Program-made: the position numbers and the translations under genes
Shown: one piece after another, positions 29,151-43,100 of the stretch
How the letters are laid out: each line of letters opens with the position of its first letter
Numbering within the stretch: position 1 is the first letter of the stretch
The notes under the pieces: model-generated
The model's database searches: none
Told to the model about the DNA's origin: nothing
The model's input: only the letters and a program-made list of their open reading frames with translations
Assembly (NCBI GenBank): GCA_012295275.1
Contig: CM022679.1
Span: 434,001 to 498,000 of the forward strand
Direction: 5' to 3'
From: Chrysomallon squamiferum
Taxonomy: Eukaryota > Animalia > Mollusca
DNA: 64,000 nucleotides

Positions 29151-30002
29151 ATTTCATACTGATGTATATTTCCCATACATTTTTCATTTATGTCATTTGA
29201 TGTGTCACCTCACAATAATAAGTAAAAAACAATAAATTATAAAAATGTTGAATATTTAACAATATTAAAATAATAATAATAATAATAAATAAATTATATA
29301 AATATTTTGTAATACAATATAAATGTAAAATTTAAAAAACATACAGAAGAAATTTAAATCTTTAATCAATATCCAGTTAAAATTGCAAATCCTTTCCTCA
29401 CATATTTTAAATATTTCTTCCAGGGTAGAATTCTTTTGAGAAAAAAAAAATGTTTTAAACAGAATTAAAAATGATACATACAAGATTGATAGCCATGTTA
29501 TTGGAATAAAATTAAAATGTGTTATTAACAAAAGATGAGCAAATCTTTTTATTATTATTATTATTATATTAAAAATAAAAAGTTATATTTTAAATACTCT
29601 TCTACACACTCACACACACAGACATACAGGTAAAATATACCTATATGTCATACAGATATGTAATATATGACATCAAGTTACTGATGATGTCACAAACAAC
29701 ACACAGTATTACATATTTGCAAAATTTTGTCAGATTTATAAAGATGACTGTAACACACAAAGTGATATAATATACAAGATAATTAAGTGACTTACATAAA
29801 ATAATATAGCACGTAAAGTAATTGTCATGCAAGAAAACATTTTACAGAAAAGGAAAGGATCTGATATAGATAATGATTATTACACAAAATATTTATTTAT
29901 AATTTAATTATCTCGAGAAGTGGCTGTCATATAAGATGACATGTCACATGATTGTCATGTGACTGCTATACGGACCAACTTGTTTTATGTTATAAAGTGA
30001 CA

Positions 30003-30730
30003 AGGTTTTTATGTAGATTAATAAATAAAACAGCTTACAAAATCAGAATGATTAAGACCATGTTTTTATCAGAATGACTAAGACCAGGTTTTTATGTAGA
30101 TTAATAAATAAAACAGCTTGCAAAATCAGAATGACTAAGACCAGGTTTTTATGTAGATGATGAAAGGTTAATAAATAAAACAGTTTACAAAATCAGAATG
30201 ACTAAGACCAGGTTTTTATGTAGATCAGTAAATAAAACAGCTTGCAAAATCAGAATGACTAAGACCATGTTTTTATGTAGATCAATAAATAAAACAGCTA
30301 AAAAAATCAAAATGACTAAGACCAGGTTTTTATGTAGATGATGAAAGGTTAATAAATAAAACAGTTTACAAAATCAGAATGACTAAGATCACCTTTTTAT
30401 CAGAATGACAAAGACCAGGTTTTTAATGTAGATTAATAAATAAAACAGTTACAAAATCAGAATGATTAAAACCACGTTTTACCACAATGACAAAGACCAG
30501 GTTTTTAATGTAGATTAATAAACAAAACAGTTTACAAAATCAGAATGACTAAGACCAGGTTTTTATCAGAATGACTAAGATCAGGTTTTTAATGTAGATT
30601 AATAAACAAAACAGTTTACAAATCAGAATGTCTAAGACCACCTTTTTATCAGAATGACTAAGATCAGGTTTTTAATGTAGATTAATAAAGAAAACAGTTT
30701 ACAAATCAGAATGACTAAGACCAGGTTTTG
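30003..30730. repeat. Compound tandem repeat (CAGAATGACTAAGACCAGGTTTTTATGTAGATTAATAAATAAAACAG.TT.CAAAAT, ~60-85-bp variants)
   Basis: Read directly; about 10 units with subunit reshuffling. Confidence 0.9.
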
Positions 30731-32899
30731 TGTTTCACTGCCTCCAAACAATCAATAACAGAACAATACTTTGTGAACAATACACTGAAATACAACAATA
30801 ACAACTATAACATATAGCATACAGTTCCAAATAAGAAGAACTAAACGTCAGGAACAGCCACAACAGCAATAGAAACAACAACAACAACAACAATAATAAT
30901 AATGAAAAAATTAATAAATACAGATTAAAATAAAATAAAATATCAAGAGAATATAAAAAAAAAAAATAAAAAACCACAACTAAATTGAATTAAATTAACA
31001 GTAATAATAAATTTGATATATATATACAGATATAATATTTTATGAAGGTGCATAAATGACGCATGAATCATGTTAAAAATTCATATAAATAAAAATGAAC
31101 CTAAAAGAAAACAAGAAGAATTACGGAATAAAATATCGATAAAACAAAACAACAGATAAATCAATCTAGCAGATTAAAACAATGGTAATGATTTTACTTG
31201 TGACATACTCAACTTACCACACACCAAGTAATAAATTATCTAGTTAATATGAAAAGTGCTGGTGAAATAGAAACTACAGTTTATTCATGGCTAATTTGTA
31301 GACAATTTAATCACTGACAAAATTTTCTTAAATATCAGTTGATCTTGTTGTTATAGTAGTATATCCTTCACAAACATCCTTGGAGCTACTAACCATTTTC
31401 ATACTTTTATTGGTATCAAAGATTGTGCTCCCATAAACAAATTTAACACTCGAGTGAATAAAATGTACTTAGATTATTAGTTAACATACAACAAACATTT
31501 TAATAATGAAAATAAGAATAACTTGGAAGTATACAAGGATGTATGTAACCAGAATGTATAACAGAAATTATACATTAATGTAATTTATATCAAGTGTATG
31601 AGAATGTATTTAATGAAAATGTATCACAGAAATTATACATTAATGTAATTTATATCAAGTTATGAGAATGTATTTAATCAGAATGTATCACACAAAGTTT
31701 ACATTAATGTAATTTATCACAAATATATGAGAATACATTAAACTAATTTTGATCAAGTGTATGAGAATGTATATAATGAGAAAGTTTAGTAGACTCTGAC
31801 TCAGTTTATATCAGTCACACTGTTACGTCAGTTCTGTTAAAAGATTAAAATAGACACAGTTACATGTTTAATGTTCTCATAATTCTTTACAACTCATAAA
31901 CACTAATGTATTGATAAACTAAATGTGGTTTTTTAAACATGTCATATATAGTGATATTAAATGTAAATATTTGACCATTTAACACAATCTATTACTTACA
32001 GAGAGGCAGGATTGCATTAATCTGTGAAATGACATTTATCAGTGAAAACAGTATTTTAGAATAAATGAATGTTACCTGAATTTGCACCTTAACGAGCTCT
32101 GTTATGACATGCTCCTGATCTTTGTAACTCACTGATAAACAGAAACAAGAAGAAGAAAATTATAAACGTTGATAATCAAAGATAACAAAGATAACAAACC
32201 TTCACAAATGCGACACGTAATGGGTTCACCTGGTACAGGTAGACACAGGTAAGTAATGAGAAGTGACAGGGAGACAGGATAATCCAGATTAATACAACTT
32301 ACTGTTACAGTTTCCTTTGATAACTGATGCTTTACAAGCAGCCAGCTGATTACACAGACCAGTCCATTTTCTCACCTGGGGGAGACAGGTTGATCACACT
32401 GGCGGTGAAGTAATCAATGAGTGAGGTAAACAAAGTGTTGTTTACATTGTTTTCTCCTTTATTGATGAGTGGTGACGTCATACACAGATGTGTGTAACAC
32501 TACTGATATATTATAATTATACTTACTACTGGAAATGACATATTTAGTGTTATATATACAACTATTAATGATACATACACACATACACACACATACATAC
32601 TTACATAGAGGCATGTATGTGTATACATATATACACACACACATACATGTATATATATGTACATGCATACTCATATAAATACACTTATGTCTGGCATTGA
32701 GATACTTAATGTTTATTGTAACAAACTGTTGACAGTCAGTTTCATCTGTCATTACATTTCCTCATACAGCATCAGACAATTTATTGTTTTCAGACATATG
32801 TATGTGATGTATGTGTGTGCACACATTTATGAAAGTATATGTATGTCCATATGTATGTGAGTGTTAATAAAATGTTTACATGGATATACTGGGCTACAT

Positions 32900-33013
<114 letters not shown>

Positions 33014-33257
33014 ATTGTAGATGTAACTGATGATTGTCCAGTTCTTATCTGTGTAACAAAGTCTGTGGTATGTACCATCCTGTCTACTACTAATAAAAAT
33101 AATTTTAAGTTTAAAAAAGTCAATAATTTAGTATGTGCTGTTATATGTATACATCTATACAATAAACAATATATATAAATCAGCAGGCTATTTTTAAATT
33201 TAATTATCACATTACATATTATATTATTATACAAGATTTTTAAAATATAAAGTATTA

Positions 33258-33495
33258 CAGTGTATAACAGAGTATTAAAGTGAGTATATAAATTACATAT
33301 TATATGTATGTTATTTTAGAAAGATGGATATCAGTGTATAACAGAGTATTAAAGTGAGTATATAAATTACATATTATATGTATGTTATTTTAGAAAGATG
33401 GATATCAGTGTATAAAAGAGTATTAAAGTGAGTATATAAATTACATATTATATGTATGTTATTTTAGAAAGATGGATATCAGTGTATAACAGAGT
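33258..33495. repeat. 74-bp tandem repeat x3.2
   Basis: Copies start at 33258, 33332, 33406 and 33480. Confidence 0.9.
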
Positions 33496-34099
33496 GAGGT
33501 GACACTGAAGTTATCTTAAGGTCACAGCTACAAGCAGTCTGACTGACAGGTTAGCACTTCTTTCTGTTATCTGTCAATATAAAACTCACAAATCCCTCCA
33601 GACAAAACTTGCCAAATTTAATAACTTTCCTCCATTTTAAACCATATTCACACTTGTCATTGCAGTTGTTTTATATTTTTATTATTTTTTTATATACACA
33701 TGTAATGGGAATTCATTTGCTCTTACTTTCACTTTTGTTACTGTGACTTGCCATCATCATCATCATTATTATTTATTAACTTACTTTTTATTTATTTTTT
33801 ATTATTTAATTTTTTTAACCTGATACAATATTATGTTATATACAACTACTTTTGATACATAATTATATTTTCTACTGGAAATGACATATTTAGTATTATA
33901 TATAACTATCAATGATCTATATAATTATACTTATAACTGATGTTCGGTGTCTAAATCTTTATTATATTTACATTATTGAATAAATATTTAACAGTATCTC
34001 AACACACACTGTTTGCATGACTGTTAATGTCAGTGTTTTTCTGTATAAAATAGGACAATAACACACATTATCAGTTTATAATGCACAGTATTGTATAGT

Positions 34100-34420
34100 G
34101 TAACTGATATTTAACTATTGTGTATTATAAACTGATATTTAACTATTGTTTTATAAACTAATATTAACTAGTGTATTATAAACTGACATTTAACTATTTG
34201 TGTATTATAAACTGACATTTGACTTGTGTATTACAAACTGATATTTAACTATTGTGTATTATAAACTGATATTTAACTATTGTGTATTATAAATTGATAT
34301 TTAACTATTGTTTTATAAACTAATATTAACTCTGTGTATTATAAACTGACATTTAACTATTTGTGTATTATAAACGGATATTTAAGTATTGTGTATTATG
34401 AACTAGTATTTAACTATTTT
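34100..34420. repeat. Minisatellite, ~27-29-bp unit (TATAAACTGATATTTAACTATTGTGTAT)
   Basis: Read directly. Confidence 0.85.
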
Positions 34421-34689
34421 GTAGTATATGATGTATATTGAACTAGAGTGTGACAGTGATGTATATTTAACAAGTATCAGTGAATTTTGGCAGAACATAC
34501 ACAATGTCTGGGAAGAAGTCCACACTGTGTAAATATTTGGAGTGATACAGGACGTGTTGAGAGGTTGTGTGTAAACCAATAATTTGTTTTAAAAGCCAAG
34601 TACAAGAATTCTTGAAACAATTAATCAGCGACAGCAAAATAAATAAAAAAAACAACAAACTAATAAAAAAGATTAAAAAAAATAAACAA

Positions 34690-34732
<43 letters not shown>

Positions 34733-37176
34733 ATACCTGATCTACAGACAAGAAACAGTGAAAATGTAAAAATAACGTGCTGTTAATTGATGATTTAAAA
34801 TGTGTCTCTCAAACAAAACTCATGGAGAAATCTAAAGTGAAGTTTTCAGTGAACAAATCAAATATTTATAATCACCTCATTATTTCACAGCGGTCTGTGA
34901 AAATCTGTCCATTCTTGCATGGCCTTTCTCTGCTCTGTTGCTTTGTGATGGAGCAAAACTAACTTGATTTATTCTGTACAGAAAACATTACTAATCACCT
35001 GTCAACACACAGCACTGAGGGGGCAACAGGATGGAGGGAGACACACAATGGTGAAATATAGGTAAAGTTTTTAACATATACCTACGTAAATACATTTAAC
35101 TGTTAAAAGTGTTGAACTGACCATTAGCAAAATGAAAATTGTTGACATGCAAATAAGAAACGTATGTCAGGTGTTTTTTGTTATCAGCTTTTACATTTAA
35201 TAATATCACTGTGACCCTCATGTATCTCATAATTAAATACAGCTTAATAAAAAATAAATATATACAAAAATAAAGTTAGTTACACAGCTTAATTGCAGAG
35301 ATTAAATTACAGTATTAAATAACAAGAGTTAATCTTAAATACATCTTAATCTCTCCTATGTCTGTTACCATAACGATAATGTCATCCAGCGTATTTAGAA
35401 TATATGCATTTCAAGTCTGAATCATAAAAAAATAAATTAAAAAAAGACTACAGCGTAATAGAGAGAGAGAAGTAAACAGAATGAATAAACTTGTAGAGTG
35501 AGAGAAAAAAAACAAAGCGATATTTACAAATATTTTGTTTATTATGCCACATGAAGAGACCGGCAGTTACAAACTTGTACGTTTATAAAATGAAAACCCT
35601 GTTTCTAAAAACTCTCTTTAATTTCATTTTAAAATAGAGTTAACTTCACACACGTCTTTCTCAAGAAAAACCACAAAATCTGCAGCATGCTGGAAATTAA
35701 CATTTCATAATTTGATATCAAATCTATTCCTGAAGATTTTTCATTATGATTTCTGTAGACAATGACTATTATAACACACATCAGCTACTTCAACTAGTGA
35801 TGTGTAATGCTGTTTAATAAATGTTTTGTGACAACACACTACATATAGTGTAACAAAAAATATATAACATTTAATAAATTAATCTCTTATTATGATTTTG
35901 TTATAATACAAACAACCTTTAGTATTTAATAAATATCACATTTCTGTGTTGTATTTAACTTTTAATTTGATTTTGTTACAACATTCACACTAGACACTAC
36001 AAAGTACAATACAAACACAGTATTTAACATCAAATAAATAAAGCTCACTCATTTTTGTGTTGGATTTAATACATTTTCAAATTTATTATTTGTGGACGTC
36101 ACTTTTGTTAATTACAATTCGTTGATCAAGAAACGTAAAATGTTATTTCCATTTTATAATAATGACAACATCATCATCAGATAATAACATTTAAAATATT
36201 TTGATTAACTTCACTGGACTCAAAATTGTCACAAATCAAATTTTAAAACTGATTTGTGAGCAAGTTTCAGTTTACAATCATTAACACTAAATTTAAATAT
36301 CAAGATGATGATATAAAAGTAAGCTAAAATGTATGAACATGTCTTGTGTACTATCAAGTGGTTTTATCTGTTGTTAAAACCATTCTTAGCTAATAATGAA
36401 GTATAAAAAAAGTTAAGAAAAAAAAAAAAGAGGCAGAAATTACATACTGAGTCATTTTGCTTCATCCTTGTTATTTTTAAAGTAAAGCATACACATAACA
36501 TATACTATAGATAAAACTTTAGCATTTACTTAAAGTTGATACTTATTACTATCTAAAATATGGATGGGCAACCTTTTTTGAGAAATGGGCTGCATGAGAC
36601 ATAGCTCATAGTGAGACACAGCTCATTGTGAGTAACATTTTTTAAATTTGGTGTACCATTCAGAAAGCTCCAGTTTACCACTCATCAAGTTAAAACAAAA
36701 AAAGACTGAAAGGGGAGACAACTGTAAGAGTAGTAAAAGACAAGACATGAAGACTATTTTGGTGTTCTGTTTATCAAAACATGAATTTTACAAAACACTG
36801 AAGTTCACTCAGTCCCTTTAAAACTGTTTGTTTCACATTATTTCTGTCATCTTACTTTAATCCACAGCTAAAACAGTAAATGGTTTACTTCTCTGTGTAG
36901 AAAACGAGAAGTTGATCTGTTATACTTCATCATTAGTAAAGTTTGATATTTACAACAAGTGTATAAAACTTGATTAAATGTAGTCAGTAAACATATGACA
37001 CTCGTACTTAATAAGTTAGTTCATTTATCTCTACTTTTCTCAGTCCACAGAAATAAAAAAAAAGTTTTAATATCTTTTAGAAAAAGAAGGATGTAGTAAA
37101 CTAAAGACAGTTTCATTGAAGTGTGACTGTTCTAGTTGACTGATCACAGACTGCTCTTCCTACGACCTGCCCTCTG

Positions 37177-40100
37177 TCAGGACTCTGGGACTGTCCCCCT
37201 CAGATACCACCACCCCCCTGCCTTCACTGCACAGTACTCCTACAAAACATCAAACATACATCTGTGTTTTATTAAACATTTCAACATCTGTGTTATATCA
37301 AAACATACCATTTACTGATGAAAAGAAAGACTTGAACAAGACAGAATAAAATCAAGTATCACATATGCATTTCTTGAATACAGATTATATAACACTATTA
37401 CATAAGTAAACTGTTAGCAGAATATAATACCCTCCCACAAACAGTACAATATATTTTAACTGATGCAGATCTTTAAGAAAAATTATTCACCTCTTAGTAG
37501 TTATTAGTGTTCACTTAGCAATCACAATTTTGACCCTATTTCTGTGTTTAAACAGTAAAAGTTTATCTTTTCTTATGCTTACAGAATGAATTTAGCAGTT
37601 TTAAAACACTAAGTAATCTCTGATGTGTTTTATAATTTTCCCAATCCAGCCTCACCTGTCAGTTACTCTCAAAAGTTAAAATATTCCCCAGTTTCTTTTC
37701 TTTAAACTGAAACCATTCACTTTATCATTTGTTAAATAAACACTGTTTCTACTCCATCAGTATCATACAAAGTCAGTTAAAATTTGTTATAATGTTTGTT
37801 TTGTTAAAAGAGATTTTTTGATGTTTACCTTCAGAAAGTTTTTACTGTCTGTGTCGGACATCTCCAGACCTGTTTTTTCTTCCACGAGTTTTCTAAAAAC
37901 ATCTTTTCTCAGTCGATACGATGATTTAAATAAGCTGAACAACAAACCTCGAACCTGAAAACAACCATATTAGTTTATCAGTTTTAAAACATCCATGCTA
38001 GAATGGGAAATAAGAGCACAAGAACTACAACCTGCCAAACAACTCTAGGATGAGTGTATGTTTTAAATTCAAAACAATGGAATTTTAGAAAAAAATAAAA
38101 ATAAAAACCCAGAAAAAAAGAAAAGAAAAAAGAAGATAATGTAACATATATATAACTAAATATTTTAAAATGATTAATTGTCTATTAAGTAAAAAGTAAG
38201 TATTTGAAGAATAACTTGTTTCTGAAATGTTTGTTCATTATTTTTCTTTCTCTTTGAATAAAAAACACACAAAACAGATTTAAATTTAACATGGATGACA
38301 CTAACAAGTGTCAGTATAGACAAATGAATGAAAACAGATCAGCTATTGGTGTGAAAATGACTGAGATAAAATTAAACATTTAATTAAAAGAAAACAAGTG
38401 TCAGAAAGTTTCTTCTGTAAATGTTTAAGAAAACAGGTAACATGTCACTTATCAATGGATGTGTCACACACTATCTAACTTTCACTAACTGCCATTTGCT
38501 AACTTTTTGTACCCTGGAAGTGATCTCAGTAACTACCAGACCTCAAAGCCAGTTCTTAACCATAGAGAAGAGTTTTAACTTTACTTGTTATTTACAACAA
38601 CGTGAAGTACCTGGTCAAGTTGGTCACCTGATTTTAACAAGGCAAACAGAGGTTCAGTCGAAGTGTTTGGAGGCCACTGAAATACAAACACTGCTTCATT
38701 ATACAATACTGTATACAATATTTAACAACATTTTAACAACTAGGTATCACACACACATTTCTGTGAATAATGATACATAACTGAGACTTAATGGTTAGCA
38801 CAATAAAACGATATACATATGCCTTGACATAAACAGTACAATGTATTTACTATACAGCTTTGATAAATGAGGAGAGAACAAGAACCAGTTTACTAAACAA
38901 ACTTAAATCTGTTCTAGTCATCAATTAGACAAATTACATCAAAAAGAAAAGATTTTTTTTTTTTTTACTCTATGAAATGTTACGATTCAATCTTAATACA
39001 AATATATATTTCAGTTTGTCTATATTTCTCACAATTACTATTCATATCACCCTTTATGTGTCCTCTTATTAAACCATTTATTTTAATGATTATGGTTACA
39101 TGTAAAAGTATAGTAGTAAAACAGTACCCCATGTGTGTTTACTACACTGGTTGTATATTAATTAACTGTATGACAGCAATACTGTTTGGAGTAGGTAAAA
39201 AACAAATCATTAATAGTATAGCTGAAACAATCAAATATTAAATCGTGTTAGAATGGGAAAAAGCAACTCATTTTAACATATTGTGTCACCTGGTTGTCTA
39301 GGCGAATTCCTCCTGCTTCTACCACCGAGTCCTCCAACTGCCTGTCAGACACGCCCCGCCCTAGTACGTGGCCCGGGGGACAGGTCTGCAGTTTCAACAC
39401 AAACAAACGTTTCAGTTCACGGAAAGGAAAAATAAACCTTTCTTTGAGAATATCTCGACAAAACCCGATGAGAGCTTGCTTCAGTTCCACTGTACACTTA
39501 CTACTGCTGTCTGTGTTATTAGTCAATTCACTGATTGGTCCATTTGAAGTCACATGATTGGAATCACACACTTCCATTGGTTCAATGGTAATACTGACTG
39601 GGGCAGCAGAAATGTTTCTAGCGCATTCTGTTCTTGCTGTGTCCAGCTCCATGTCGCTGTGGTCAGAACACGAGCGTCCACTCAGCGTCCGCTCACGCTT
39701 GTTGGGTGAACACTTTGAAGACGTCCGCCGTCTCCTTGGTTTGTCTGTCTGTCCCGTCTCGTTAGCTAAAAAAACAAAATCAGCTTCTTAAACACGACCC
39801 AGTCACCTGCCACTCCAACAAGTCAACTAGTTTACTTCACATCTGCTTCTCTTAGAGTTATCTCCCTTACTTAAATCTTGTTTTGAGTAAAAGCATTAAA
39901 AAAATTACTTGGCTTGCTACAGTTATCTCCCTTACTGAAATTGTGTGATGAGTAAAAAAAACAATTTATAAAACAGTTTGGTCTGCCATAGTTAATTCTC
40001 TTACTGAAATCTTGTTTAAGTGAAAATATTTCTCACCTTTTGCCTTTTTCTCGGCTTCTTTTGGAATTTTGAAGAGTTTACTGAGAGACTGGAACTTGGC

Positions 40101-43100
40101 GTCCCACAGCATCTTCTGTCGCTGAACAACATCACAGTATCTGAGTGAAACACAAAACACTATTTAACTTTGTATTCTTACTAACAACTCTAAATAAAGA
40201 GGAAAATAATAGTAATAAAAAATAACAATAAAAAAATAAATAAATAAAAATAACAATAAATACAAATATAACAAATATAAAACAAATATAAAGCTGCAAC
40301 TTCCAACAAACAAGTAAACATTAGAAACTTTCACAAAACATTTTGACTAATGTCATATTATTTAAAAATGTGCAATAACTTAAATCTGGAATAAAAATAT
40401 TAATAAATTCTTTACCTTGCATGTTGTAAAAAGAAAAAAATAAAGAAAAAAAATACAATGTAAGCATAATGATGAAACTATGCATGAAATAAAGTTTATA
40501 ACTGTTTATATAAAACTTACTTATCAGTGAACTCTTTGTCATACTCAAACAAAAACTCCCATCCTTTACTGGCCTTGACCTTTGACATCTGTTCTAGAAT
40601 GTCCTTCACATCTTCTGCTGGCAGCTGTAAGTAAATAAAATGATAAATAGAAAAAAATAACAATAAATAATAATCATTAATAAAAAATCAACAAAAAAAA
40701 ACATACAATAAAACAACCAAAAACAAAAAGAAAATAACAATAAATAAAACATAACCATAAAGCAAATCTCCCCACAAAGAATAAAAATGTTTACATTTTT
40801 TAAAAAGTTTAAAAATTTAAAATAGATTTAATTTTTTTTAATTTTTGGTGTATTTTACTTTAAGCAAGTAATGCAATATGGAGGAAATGTGGAATTTTTA
40901 AATAGATCATTCTTAAAAACAAATTTATTTTTTTCATTATAATTTTCTCAAAATACAAATGTTTCAAACCTTAACAACTGAAGAAATATCTTTTCTTATC
41001 ACGTATCTTGACTGGGTGAATTTCCACATCTGCAAAAACAACAACAAATAAATGTACAAAGTCTGAATACAAACACTGACATAAATTTGTACAGGTTGAT
41101 GAATTAATAGTAATCACATTTTCTGTTCACTGTTATTGAACATCGAGCCTGGCCACCAAAACAAATATTTTTAGCTTATTTCTGATTTCAGACAAGATAC
41201 AGTGAGTTTGTGACCAGATGGATATAAAAAAACACATTAAGAAATGTTAAAATATTACTCTTAACAAATATCACAACTGCTAAGAATAGCATTTAGACCA
41301 GTTGTTCATGTCTACACACATACAAATCTATTTTATCACAGAGCTAGAAAATAACTAACCAACCACTTGAAAGTTAACAAAAAAATAAAAATAAAAATAT
41401 AAAAAAATATTGTAACTTGTAAGTAAAAACAAATAAAACAATGATTTGAAAGTAAAAACAAACCATGTAGTCTCTGCCTCTACATGAGAAAAAGTATTGT
41501 CAGTAAAGAAATAAAACAACGATTTGAAAGTAAAGAGAAGAAATAATAAACTGTGAGAGATGATTTGAAAGACAAACCATGTAGTCTCTGCCTCTACACA
41601 GGTACTCAGACGAAACTCCACTGTGTGGACTGCTCGCTTCCTTGGGATACAAAACATCACTGAAAAAACAGAATTGTATATTTTATAACAAAACAAATCT
41701 TTACACTTTATAACAAAATATTCTTAAACCTTGTTCATGTAAGAAAGATGAAAACGTGTAAAACTTTAGCTTAAAAAAGTGAGAATCAGAACAATAATTA
41801 ATTAAAATGTTTTGTTTTTACCTTTTAACGACCCAGCAGCCTTGTACGAGGGACTGCCACCTGCTGGACACACCTGAGTGCACTGACCGTGTCCGTACCT
41901 TGTGGTAACAGAGACATCAACTGACTGAACCGTATCACCTTCACTACATAAATAAACAAAATAAAAAATACAGTACACTAAATGGCTGTTAAAGTGTGAG
42001 AAAAAACCAGCTTTCTTTGTGTAACTAGAAGAGTTTAGTTAAATAATAAAAATATGTAAGAGACATGCTTCACGTTTATCAAACTTTTAAAACAGTCCAG
42101 ATTTTTGTGTTGATATGTTGTAATGTGATATGTTGTAATGTGATATATTGTAATGTGTTATATTGTAATGTGATGAGAAACATTCAGCAAGGTCTAGTAA
42201 GTAATTAAATAAAATGTTGTCATTACCGTTTGTTAGTAAAGCTTTAATCTGGTCTGCTAGTGGCAGAGTTCGAAGCTGGCTCAAGGAAAGAATGTTACTT
42301 GGCATTTCCGGTTTCTCTCTGAGGAAAGAAAGAAAAACAGACCGGTTCTTTTAACAAGTTTCCTCTTTATGTTAAATGTTTATTTTTTATTTTGTTTTAG
42401 AAAAATGCTTTCAGAAACAATTATGTTTTTTTGTTGTTTAATTATTATTTCATTTTGTTTTCTCTCAACTTCAAAGAAGTAAGAAATAATAAACAGATGT
42501 GCTCACTCTCTCTCCTCAACATGTGGGGGAACCAGTCGAGTGAGGTACTCAGTGGCAGGAAGCTGGAACTCAGACAAATCATCTCCATGAGTCGCCTGAA
42601 GCAGCAGACGTTCAGACGCAGCCATGTCATCCTGACAAACACAAACATTTACAACACATTTCAACACATCTTTGTTTACAGCAGGTAGTTAAACTAACAC
42701 ATTATTATTACATCACACTTAGTTCTTATTTCTGTTCACTCTAAACAACTGTTCTGTAAACTCTCACTTTTATTACTGTGTTCTAAACAAAGGGAGATAA
42801 CTAACATCCAAACCATGGAACTCTAAAGGGACCCAGGATTCACCGTCGAACCTTCGCCTGTGAAACTCATACGAGGCCATTCGCCTCGCCTTGGCTTCGT
42901 CACTTTCAGGACGTGAGAACTTCACAGTGACTGGTTTAGCATCGTCCTCCACCTCCTCCTGCGACAGTTCTGAAGTTGATAAAGTTTGTTAAATAACAAA
43001 TCTTTAATTCTCCTCTTACAAAAATCACTGCACCAAGACAACGTTGTAATTTATCTTAAAATGAGTTCAAACATGATAAGAGTTAATCAAATGAAAATAC

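Noticed and set aside
39294-39791. Plus-strand ORFs 39294-39557 and 39558-39791 (also 50885-51204, 63694-63903)
   Set aside because: Antisense shadows of real minus-strand exons.
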